Of a DNA stretch of 11,556 nucleotides, positions 1 to 7,255 are shown piece after piece; position 1 is the stretch's first letter, and each line of letters opens with the position of its first letter. A program made the translations under genes and the position numbers. The stretch is taken from the NCBI GenBank assembly GCA_049969615.1, contig JBMFOM010000068.1, positions 1 to 11,556 of the forward strand, written 5' to 3'. The notes below the pieces were generated by a model. The model saw only the letters and a program-made list of their open reading frames with translations. It was not told where the DNA came from and ran no database searches. The DNA is from a candidate division WOR-3 bacterium (GTDB lineage Bacteria > Hydrothermota > Hydrothermia > JBDRYB01).

Positions 1-85
1 GAGCCATCGGATTTTCGCCGAACTCCTTGACGGTCAAGGACTTAGGAGGGGTTGAAAGTGGGTCGGGTGAGGAGTTAAAAAGGCC

Positions 86-115
86 TTGACAGTCCGTGCA
101 AAATTTTGTTATAAT
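86..115 (+). promoter_or_regulatory. Consensus sigma70-type promoter (TTGACA-18-TATAAT with extended -10 TG)
   Basis: TTGACA 86-91, TG 107-108, TATAAT 110-115; predicted start near 121-122. Confidence 0.85.
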
Positions 116-120
116 ATAGG

Positions 121-250
121 CCTATGTGAAAGGTCTCATTGCATATGGGAGAGGTCATGGGTAAAGTTATGATTAGGTAACCCCCCCAATAACATGCATA
201 TATCATTTTAAAACCTCCACCCCCGGAGCAAACGTTCCGGGGGATTTTAT
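121..250 (+). ncRNA. Candidate ~125-nt small RNA or micropeptide transcript (ORF 145-180, MGEVMGKVMIR)
   Basis: Bounded by a consensus promoter and an intrinsic terminator. The only ORF is 11 codons, preceded by AAAGGT at 129-134. Family not recognised. Confidence 0.45.
220..250 (+). terminator. Intrinsic terminator
   Basis: 10-bp stem CCCCCGGAGC (220-229) / GTTCCGGGGG (234-243) with one G-U pair, loop AAAC, followed by ATTTTAT. Confidence 0.75.
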
Positions 251-432
251 GCCTCCGTTTGGTTTTATGGCAAATGATGCCTCGAGGTCCCGCGTTCTCA
301 CAGAGTTCCTGAGTTTTGCCAGCTGTACAGGCCCGGAAGGCCGGGGTTTCTCCCTGGCATGAAAGGAGTCCGCTTCATATGTGTCCGGGGTAATAACGAA
401 TGCTACCGCTACAATTCCCACCGGGAAAACGT

Positions 433-462
433 TTCAGATTAATGCGGGTTCCAGGTTATAAT
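433..462 (+). promoter_or_regulatory. Promoter of the large outer-membrane protein gene, probably leaderless
   Basis: TATAAT 457-462 with a weak -35 TTCAGA 433-438 (18-bp spacer). An in-frame GTG begins at 469, where a transcription start is expected. Confidence 0.55.
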
Positions 463-468
463 TTGAGG

Positions 469-3339
469 GTGCTCCTTTTTTTGATCGCCCTGGATACTCT
501 ACGCCTGGTTTGGCCGGATACGGCTGTAATCCTTCGTCCCCACTTCCATGGTTCGGTGAGCCTGGAGCCTGATTTGCCTTATACCATATCCGGCGACACC
601 CTTATTGCCTTTCTTCATGATTATGATACTGTTATAGTCACATACCAGCCCCTTCCCTATGACTGGGCGAGGCCTCGCGTTCTTTTTCCGCTTCTGGAAG
701 AACCCTCTGAGAGTCTCAGAATCATTGAACGGGACACTGGGGTCAGTGGACTGGTATTCAACGGCGAAAAGACCATAGGGATAACATTTACTGGGGCTGG
801 TCCTTCCTTTGACGATGTGACGAGGCTCTCGGTCTCAGGCCAGGCCGGCGGGGTGAATCTGGATGGCAGGATTGAGGAGAGCGGTTTCTCTGGATCAGAG
901 TTCACGGGCGAGTTGGAAGAGATAGACAAAGCTTATCTTATGGCATCAAGGGGCGAATACGGGCTGAGCCTGGGAAACCTGCGGGAGGAAATGCTCATGG
1001 GCGGTTCCTATGGCACATTGAAATTTCTCGGCCTTTCGGCAAGGTCAGGCTTAGGTGAATTGAGGACAGGATACCAGAGGGGAAGTTTCGCGACGAAGGT
1101 GTTTTTCGGTTCTGAGGCATACCAAGGTCCATATCAGCTTACTGAGCCTGGCCAGCTAATAACCCCCAATTCTGAACGAATCTATCTGAACGGCGAGCTC
1201 ATGCGGCCCGGCAGGGACGCTGACTACATCCTTGACGCTTTGACCGGGACACTCATTTTCACTGCGAGGAGGCCCGTGAGGGCGGAGGACAGGATACTCT
1301 GCGAGTTCCAGCTCTCAGAATCCGGCAAGCAGTCCTATTTTGTGGCATCGGCACTAACGGAAGGGCCTTGGAGAGCCGAGGCAATGCAGTTCTGGGAGGA
1401 ATTGGCTCCAACAGGCGGTATGGATTCCCTTGGAGATACATCCTGGGCATGGGTTTCGGGCGCGAGGTTCGTGGGCAACGGAAACGGCAGCTACCAAAGA
1501 TCGGATTCAATTTTCGTATATGTTGGGCCCGGCATGGGCGACTGGGATGTCTCATTCAGCTACATGGGCCAGGGCGCAGGGGATTATACCTATGATAACC
1601 TGCTTGGTGGCTACAGGTTTGTTGGTGCGGGTGCGGGAAACTATTCCCCGGTGGTCAGGCTCTCACCACCAAGGAAAAAGATATACGGAAGCCTGGAATT
1701 CCGGCAGTGGAAGGAATCCTATGCCATTTCAGTTTTTGGGAGGGTGTCTGATTATGACAGGAACACATTCTCTCCTCTGGATGATGGGGATAATCGGGGT
1801 TTTGGCCTTGGTTCAGAGGTCTCGTTCTTCAGCTCATTTTTGTCAGCCGGCCTTGCAGGCGAGTGGCGCGATTCCTCATTTTCCTATCCGTTTACAGGCC
1901 TTTCTGGCAATGAGGACAGAATATGGGGCGTGTCCGACGCGGAGGGCATTGAAAAACAGGGCACATGGGCCTGGCTGGAGCTCAGACCCTTGGATTGGGC
2001 TTCTCTGAGGCCAGAGGCCGGCATTATCAAAATCGGAGGAATAACCTCGTTCCGCCGAGGAGGAAAACTGCTGGCCGGACCCCTGACCCTTTCCCACAGT
2101 CTTGTGACCATGAGTACCGGTTCTTGGATGGCCCTGTCGGAATCAAGGCTCGCCGGCGCCCGCGGCCTTTGGTCTGCCGGCATTGGCCTCGCGAGGGACA
2201 AGGGCGATACCATGAATGTCTGGCGAGCAGATGGTTCGCTTGGTTTCCGGACCCCGGGCATTACATGGGGCCTCGGGGGGCTTTGGCGCTTGGGTGACAG
2301 GAAGACCGAAAAAACCCTTTCCGTTAACCTCGGAGGCCCTGGCCGGTTCGTCGCCTGGGATGGCAGTTATATCCTTAGAAATTGGACCGGCGATACCCTG
2401 GGCACTGAGCACCATTTGTCGGCTGGCGCGACCGTGTCCGGACAGAGCTGGGGAGGATGGGGAAGGGCGGTTTTCTCTCAGTCCGCACGACAATTAACCG
2501 AGGAGAGGTTCATCTATGTCGGCCCCGGCCAGGGAGACTGGGCCTATGACCCTGTGACGGGTAGTTTTTACCCCTATCCTAGTGGGGATTATCTTCGCCA
2601 AATAATATATCTTGAGGCTTTCCAACCCTCCACCGAGAGAGGCATGGAGCTTGGTATCTGGGGGACAGGGGTGGGCGCAAGCGCGTCTGTTTCTGCCTCA
2701 GCCACCGAGAAACTTTCTGGAGGCCAGATATACTACTCCGATTACTCGGGCAATTTCTTTGCTTCAAGAGCCGGCAAGGGAATCCGGCCTTTCATTGAAG
2801 CATACGTTTCAAGGCTTTCTGATGCTCAGGGCTACCTGCCGCGGGTCATGGGTTCCGCTGACGGCAAACTGGGAATCCGCTTCCGCGTTCACGAGCCAGG
2901 AGTTGAGGTCGCCTATGAATCTGGCCTCATATGGGATGGCCTTGAGAGAGAGGTTATCAGGGGTTTTGCTTATTACAGGAGGACTGTCCTGGTCGGACTT
3001 GACCTGAAGGCCTCTTTTGGAAGGATGAGGGCTTCTGAACCCATTTATAATCCTGGAATCACGGCCTGGTTCTGGGAAATCGGTTTTTCGCCATCATGGA
3101 ACCAGGGACTCGGACCCTTCTTTGTCAATCTCATCCCCCAGCTCTTTTACCGGTGGGGGGAGCCGGGCGCCCGGATGAGTCAAGTCTTCGCCATATATCC
3201 GCCAGGCTTTTCCTACATGGTCTCCGCTTCACTAAAGATGGGTCGGGGCGGTTCCTTGACCCTGTCCGGATTTTTCAGGGGTGAGGAAGGAGGCCTCAGG
3301 GACAAGAGGCTCTCAGTTTCGGCGAGCCTGATCTTTTGA
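469..3339 (+). CDS. Large (~956 aa) hypothetical exported, probably outer-membrane beta-barrel protein
   Basis: Long ORF (track 400-3339). The start is placed at GTG 469 from promoter geometry, giving a hydrophobic N-terminus MLLFLIA; ATG 442 is the alternative. Gly/aromatic-rich alternating strands, C-terminal beta-signal-like LSVSASLIF, five [FY][VM]GxGxG[DNS][YW] repeats. Confidence 0.8.
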   Translation: MLLFLIALDTLRLVWPDTAVILRPHFHGSVSLEPDLPYTISGDTLIAFLHDYDTVIVTYQPLPYDWARPRVLFPLLEEPSESLRIIERDTGVSGLVFNGEKTIGITFTGAGPSFDDVTRLSVSGQAGGVNLDGRIEESGFSGSEFTGELEEIDKAYLMASRGEYGLSLGNLREEMLMGGSYGTLKFLGLSARSGLGELRTGYQRGSFATKVFFGSEAYQGPYQLTEPGQLITPNSERIYLNGELMRPGRDADYILDALTGTLIFTARRPVRAEDRILCEFQLSESGKQSYFVASALTEGPWRAEAMQFWEELAPTGGMDSLGDTSWAWVSGARFVGNGNGSYQRSDSIFVYVGPGMGDWDVSFSYMGQGAGDYTYDNLLGGYRFVGAGAGNYSPVVRLSPPRKKIYGSLEFRQWKESYAISVFGRVSDYDRNTFSPLDDGDNRGFGLGSEVSFFSSFLSAGLAGEWRDSSFSYPFTGLSGNEDRIWGVSDAEGIEKQGTWAWLELRPLDWASLRPEAGIIKIGGITSFRRGGKLLAGPLTLSHSLVTMSTGSWMALSESRLAGARGLWSAGIGLARDKGDTMNVWRADGSLGFRTPGITWGLGGLWRLGDRKTEKTLSVNLGGPGRFVAWDGSYILRNWTGDTLGTEHHLSAGATVSGQSWGGWGRAVFSQSARQLTEERFIYVGPGQGDWAYDPVTGSFYPYPSGDYLRQIIYLEAFQPSTERGMELGIWGTGVGASASVSASATEKLSGGQIYYSDYSGNFFASRAGKGIRPFIEAYVSRLSDAQGYLPRVMGSADGKLGIRFRVHEPGVEVAYESGLIWDGLEREVIRGFAYYRRTVLVGLDLKASFGRMRASEPIYNPGITAWFWEIGFSPSWNQGLGPFFVNLIPQLFYRWGEPGARMSQVFAIYPPGFSYMVSASLKMGRGGSLTLSGFFRGEEGGLRDKRLSVSASLIF

Positions 3340-3390
3340 TTCCTCAAATTTCTCCCAACGCTATGCGGGTTTTCTGAAGGATCACCCTCG

Positions 3391-3899
3391 TCCCCTGTTC
3401 GCTCAAAACTAAACCCTAACCTTAGGGCCTTCAATCGCTCAAAATAAAAAACTAACCCTAAGCGACCAGATGATAAGGTTTCAGGCTAAGGGATTTCTAT
3501 GAGGAGGGCTCGTGCAAGTTAAAAGCGCACAGGGGCACGAGGCGTGGTAGTGCCTTGAGGTTTCCTCAACTACCACGCCTCGCCGAAAGGGAATGCCCCC
3601 GTGCGCTGTTTTACTCGTCCTTCTGCCAAGCTGGTCGTTGATGAAGGCCTTATCGTTATCAGAGTCTATTCCCCTGAGGCTTTCAGGGAACAGATATAAG
3701 AGGGCAGGAGGGCCTTCAGGTTATCCGAGCACGCGAGAAAAGACGCGGCCCAACAATTGATGAGGACCCCCTCTTCCTCTGGGCCGTATATCCTTCTCCT
3801 GCCTCCGTGGCCTCCATATCTTCCTGTGGCTCATGGTTAGAATTCTATTTTGAGCGAACGAACCCATTTGGGTTAGATTTTTTGTGAGCGAACTCGCGT
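3391..3899. mobile_element. Element A: ~509-bp non-autonomous IS-derived element (MITE-like)
   Basis: Each end has two copies of a 23-25-bp motif (GTTCGCTCAAAA-N7-CTAACC): 3397-3421 and 3433-3457 on +, 3835-3859 and 3871-3893 on -. No intact transposase. Segment 3393-3469 is identical to 11480-11556. The ends are uncertain by a few bp. Confidence 0.75.
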
Positions 3900-3901
3900 C
3901 C

Positions 3902-3931
3902 TTGATCGGCCTCAAATCAAGAGCTTATAAT
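3902..3931 (+). promoter_or_regulatory. Promoter for the tRNA-Val pair and probably the rpmH operon
   Basis: TTGATC 3902-3907, 18-bp spacer, TATAAT 3926-3931, 8 nt before the tRNA. Confidence 0.8.
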
Positions 3932-3939
3932 TTCGTCCT

Positions 3940-4013
3940 GGGCGAGTAGTTCAGCTGGCGAGAACGCTGGTCTCACATACCAGAGGTCGTAGGTTCAAGT
4001 CCTGCCTCGCCCA
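3940..4013 (+). tRNA. tRNA-Val(CAC)
   Basis: Acceptor GGGCGAG/CTCGCCC, anticodon arm CTGGT-CTCACAT-ACCAG (CAC 3974-3976), T-loop TTCAAGT, discriminator A; CCA not encoded. Confidence 0.96.
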
Positions 4014-4040
4014 TGTGGACGCTCGTCCACAGGATACCCC

Positions 4041-4114
4041 GGGCGATTGGCGCAGTTGGTGAGCGCGCTTGCTTGACATGCAAGAGGTCGGAGGTTCAAG
4101 TCCTCCATCGCCCA
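4041..4114 (+). tRNA. tRNA-Val(GAC)
   Basis: Acceptor GGGCGAT/ATCGCCC, anticodon arm CTTGC-TTGACAT-GCAAG (GAC 4075-4077), T-arm GGAGG-TTCAAGT-CCTCC; CCA not encoded. Confidence 0.96.
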
Positions 4115-4135
4115 TTTTTCAAGCCGGACAAAGCA

Positions 4136-4270
4136 ATGAAAAGGACATACCAGCCATCCAGGACCAAGAGGAAGAGAACACACGGATTCCTCGTGAGGAA
4201 AAGAACCCACGGTGGCAGGGCAGTAATAGCCCGGCGCCGGCGCGAGGGCAGAAAGCGCATCTGCGTCTGA
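4136..4270 (+). CDS. rpmH: 50S ribosomal protein L34
   Basis: 44 aa, [18 protein letters not shown]... L34 signature; first gene of the canonical cluster. Confidence 0.97.
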   Translation: MKRTYQPSRTKRKRTHGFLVRKRTHGGRAVIARRRREGRKRICV

Positions 4271-4297
4271 TCTTGAAAAGAACCTGCTTTTTGACCC

Positions 4298-4639
4298 ATG
4301 GCGGATAGCGAAAAATCCCGCCATTTCAGGAGGGGCCTCAGACTCACCGAGGATGGTGAGATAAGACGGGTCGTCGGGGGAAAGAAAAAAGAGACCAAAT
4401 GGGCAATAGTATTCTTTCTGCCCCAACGAGAAACCAGGGCCGCTTTTTCGGCCAGGAAAACCTTGGGCAATGCAGTAGCGAGGAACAGGGCAAAGCGCCG
4501 TCTCAGGGAGTTCTTCAGACACAAAAGAACGGAGTTGCCGCTGGGGTGGTATCTGTTTGTTGCGAGGGAAGGGGCCGTGGATGGAGACTTCTCGGAAATG
4601 TGCCGCGGGTTGCTGAAAGAGCTCTCTCGGCTTTCCTAA
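4298..4639 (+). CDS. rnpA: Ribonuclease P protein component
   Basis: 113-aa basic protein with the RNR motif [15 protein letters not shown], located between rpmH and yidD. Confidence 0.93.
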   Translation: MADSEKSRHFRRGLRLTEDGEIRRVVGGKKKETKWAIVFFLPQRETRAAFSARKTLGNAVARNRAKRRLREFFRHKRTELPLGWYLFVAREGAVDGDFSEMCRGLLKELSRLS

Positions 4640-5118
4640 TATTCCTAATAAAGCTTTATAAGCACGGGGTATCGCCCTTGTTTCCATCCGCGTGCAGGTT
4701 TCAACCATCGTGCTCCCAATACGCGATCACGGCGCTCGAGAAGCACGGCCCGATAATAGGCCTCGCTCTCTCGGCCTGGCGACTCCTCAGATGTGGCCCG
4801 TGGTCCGATGGCGGATATGACCCCGTGCCTGAACCCAAAAAGAAAACGGAAACTAACCATCCCGGTTCTAACAAACAAAACGATACCCCTGATAAAGCAG
4901 TGACAACTTACTGGTTTGAGCCAGGGGCACTCTGTTCAAGAGAACAGAGTTATAAGAGGGGCCCACTGAAAAATCCCGCAACAATAGCATTTCCTCAGGG
5001 TTCTTTTCTAGCTACGATGAGGCTCCCAGATAGAGACCAAGGACAAACCGGAATTTTTCAGGGGTTTCAAAACCTAAGGAGGAACGAAAAACCTGTATGG
5101 ACAAGCGAACCTGGATAG
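4600..5118 (+). CDS. yidD: Membrane protein insertion efficiency factor YidD with an extended C-terminus (172 aa)
   Basis: Motifs [10 protein letters not shown] and [20 protein letters not shown] start overlapping the end of rnpA. The core ends near 4830 and the frame stays open to TAG at 5116-5118. Confidence 0.9.
   Translation: MPRVAERALSAFLIFLIKLYKHGVSPLFPSACRFQPSCSQYAITALEKHGPIIGLALSAWRLLRCGPWSDGGYDPVPEPKKKTETNHPGSNKQNDTPDKAVTTYWFEPGALCSREQSYKRGPLKNPATIAFPQGSFLATMRLPDRDQGQTGIFQGFQNLRRNEKPVWTSEPG
4882..5068. mobile_element. Element B: 187-bp MITE-like insertion in yidD
   Basis: TIRs GATACCCCTGATAAA (4882-4896) and the reverse complement GAAACCCCTGAAAAA (5054-5068) match at 13/15. Flanking direct repeat AAAAC at 4877-4881 and 5069-5073. 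The left 39 bp recur at 11366-11404. Confidence 0.75.
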
Positions 5119-6635
5119 CGCTTGGTGTCTTCACGGCACTCCTGGTGGCATATCAGGTATGGCTCTATTTCTCCGGAAGGTCAAAAGTCCAGGCGCCTAG
5201 ACCACAGGACACAACGCGGGTTCAGCCATCGGTCCTTCAGGCTCCGGACACGGCCGCCAAACCACCGCCCGAAACAACCAGAGTAGAACCAATCCCATCG
5301 CTTGCCGAAGAGGGCCTCATCACGGTTGAAACACCCAGGTTCACGGTTGAACTGACCAGAAGGGGTGGAAGGATATATTCCATGACCCTAAAGGGGTTCA
5401 AGGGGCCCGACAGGAAGGAGAACCAGGTAATAATAATAAAGCCTGGCTCGGAATTCCTCGGTACCTGGTTTGACTATGGGCTTTATTGCACATCCCAGGA
5501 AAACAGATTTGAACTGGAGGACGGGAAAAACCTTACGCTTTCCTTTGAAGGCCCGGAGGGTAAAAAATTCTATACCTTCTCTGACGGTTACACCTTTTCG
5601 GTCTGGTTGGAGGGGCCGGATACCTCCAGGTTATATCTGAGACCATCGCTGGCAGTAACAGAGGCTGACAGGACAAAGGACATAAACGAACACCACTTTA
5701 TTTATCAGCGGAACGGCAAGGTATCCTCCGAATCAATAAAAAAGGTCCTCGGCCCCGGCAAGGGGACGCCGGGGGATAACATAGGCTGGTTTGGCGCCAG
5801 GAGCAAATACTTCATGTTTATGTGCGTCCTTCAGGAAGGTTCTCTCAAAAGCCTTGTCGCGACCGCCGAATCCGACACCGGCATGAAGATAGAAGCGACC
5901 CTGGCAAAGACCCCTATTTCATTGCTCGTGTATGCTGGGCCGTTTGACTATGATGTCATGAGGAAGACAGGCTACGGCCTTGAGGAAAGCTACTCTTTTG
6001 GTTTCTGGCTCATAGCACCATTCGCCCGGTTGATATTCATCCTCTTCCGATGGCTCCACTGGCTCATCCCCAACTATGGCTGGGTGATCCTGATATTCTC
6101 GCTGGTCATGAAGATCGCGTTCTCACCCCTATCATACAAGACATACAAATCCATGAAGAAAATGCAGGACCTCAAACCAAAGATGGATGCCCTACAGGCA
6201 AAGTTCAAGGACAAGCCGGAGGAGCTGAATAGGGCGGTCATGGAGCTATACAAAGGAGAGAAGGTCAACCCCCTGTCTGGATGCATTCCGGTTCTCCTAC
6301 AGCTTCCTATTTTCTGGGCGCTTTATCAGGTGCTCAACATGACTATAGACCTTCGGGCCGCGCCCTGGATATTCTGGATCCACGACCTCTCTGCCAAGGA
6401 TCCATTCTATGTTCTGCCAATAGTCATGGGAGCGATCAGCCTGCTGAACGGATTGCTCCAGCCCTCAACGGACCGTCAAGCAAAGCTAACATCTGCCCTG
6501 ATGGCGGGGGTGTTCACATTCATATTCCTGAATTTCCCCGCGGGGATAGTTCTCTACTGGTTGAGCTATAACCTTTATAGCATAGCCGAACAGGCTATAT
6601 TCCGGAGAATACTCAAAAAGAAACCGGAGGCCTGA
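5097..6635 (+). CDS. yidC: Membrane protein insertase YidC
   Basis: 512 aa: N-terminal TM segment, periplasmic domain, and core motifs [63 protein letters not shown] at 5075-5082. Confidence 0.97.
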   Translation: MDKRTWIALGVFTALLVAYQVWLYFSGRSKVQAPRPQDTTRVQPSVLQAPDTAAKPPPETTRVEPIPSLAEEGLITVETPRFTVELTRRGGRIYSMTLKGFKGPDRKENQVIIIKPGSEFLGTWFDYGLYCTSQENRFELEDGKNLTLSFEGPEGKKFYTFSDGYTFSVWLEGPDTSRLYLRPSLAVTEADRTKDINEHHFIYQRNGKVSSESIKKVLGPGKGTPGDNIGWFGARSKYFMFMCVLQEGSLKSLVATAESDTGMKIEATLAKTPISLLVYAGPFDYDVMRKTGYGLEESYSFGFWLIAPFARLIFILFRWLHWLIPNYGWVILIFSLVMKIAFSPLSYKTYKSMKKMQDLKPKMDALQAKFKDKPEELNRAVMELYKGEKVNPLSGCIPVLLQLPIFWALYQVLNMTIDLRAAPWIFWIHDLSAKDPFYVLPIVMGAISLLNGLLQPSTDRQAKLTSALMAGVFTFIFLNFPAGIVLYWLSYNLYSIAEQAIFRRILKKKPEA

Positions 6636-6637
6636 GT

Positions 6638-7255
6638 ATGGACTACGTAGACTCAGAAGGCGCGACACCGGATGAGGCACTGAGAAAGGTTCTGTCCAAG
6701 GTTGGACTTGAGCCCCGTGGAGTGAGGTACGAGGTCCTCGCCCACGGAGGCCCAACCAGCCGAGCCAAGGTAAGGGTATGGATAGAGCCAAAGGAAGTAC
6801 AGGAAGCAAAGGAGGTAATAAAGGAGTTTCTGAAAAAGCTGGGAGTCAGAGCAAAGATAGAGTTTCTCCTTCTGGAGAAAAAGCATTACCGAGTGAACCT
6901 GAGAACGCGCTCGTGGGACCGTGTTCTCATTGGTAAGGGCGGAGAGACCCTGAGGTCGCTTGAGCATCTGATAAACCTGATGATGCGCAGATGCAGGGTC
7001 AGGATACAGATTGACCTTGACATATCGGGATACAGAGAGAGGCAAAGGCAACTCTATTTGAACAAAGCCCTCGCAATAGCCGCGAGAGTCAAGGAAACTG
7101 GTCAGGAGATGACGCTGGACACCATCCCGCCAGACCAGAGACACTATATCAGGGAAGCCCTCAAGCTTGATCCGGAGATAAGAGTCTACACTGCTGGCCG
7201 AGGCAAGGAAACTTGCCTGGTAGTGGCACCCAGAAAGTCAAAATCCGGGGCATGA
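6638..7255 (+). CDS. jag: Jag/EloR/KhpB RNA-binding protein (Jag_N, KH, R3H-like)
   Basis: N-terminal EGATPDEAL, KH motif LIGKGGETLRSLEHL, linker DISGYRER, C-terminal R3H-like domain; canonical position after yidC. Confidence 0.92.
   Translation: MDYVDSEGATPDEALRKVLSKVGLEPRGVRYEVLAHGGPTSRAKVRVWIEPKEVQEAKEVIKEFLKKLGVRAKIEFLLLEKKHYRVNLRTRSWDRVLIGKGGETLRSLEHLINLMMRRCRVRIQIDLDISGYRERQRQLYLNKALAIAARVKETGQEMTLDTIPPDQRHYIREALKLDPEIRVYTAGRGKETCLVVAPRKSKSGA

Noticed and set aside
1-89. Possible 3' end of an upstream CDS
   Set aside because: Two + frames are open (stops at 53-55 and 87-89); too short to choose between them or identify a product.
328-345. SRP RNA domain IV-like CAGGCCCGGAAGG
   Set aside because: The required AGCAG 3' strand is missing (CCGGG instead) and there is no enclosing long helix.
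203-421. 72-aa minus-strand ORF
   Set aside because: No recognisable domain or SD, and it runs through the terminator hairpin; probably spurious.
3414-3427. Telomere-like CCCTAA-CC-TTAGGG
   Set aside because: A single dyad within the end of element A, not a tandem array.
657-3434. Short alternative-frame and antisense ORFs within the large OMP gene, and similar ones inside yidC, jag, mnmE and the minus-strand genes
   Set aside because: They overlap better-supported CDSs and have no motifs or translation signals.
3470-3835. RNase P RNA, tmRNA, group II intron or hammerhead identity for the structured region
   Set aside because: No GAGGAAAGTCC/P4 signature, no tRNA-like ends, no domain V and no CTGATGA core seen.
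3397-3893. CRISPR array from the repeated 25-bp motif
   Set aside because: Only two copies per orientation with 11-bp gaps, arranged as inverted pairs, and no cas genes.
3340-3939. oriC upstream of rpmH
   Set aside because: No clustered DnaA boxes, no AT-rich unwinding element and no dnaA.
3995-4708. Track ORFs overlapping the tRNAs (3995-4708 -, 4069-4308 +, 4096-4524 -) and the N-terminal extensions of rpmH (from 4013) and yidD (from 4399)
   Set aside because: They overlap well-supported tRNAs, rpmH and rnpA; shadow frames.
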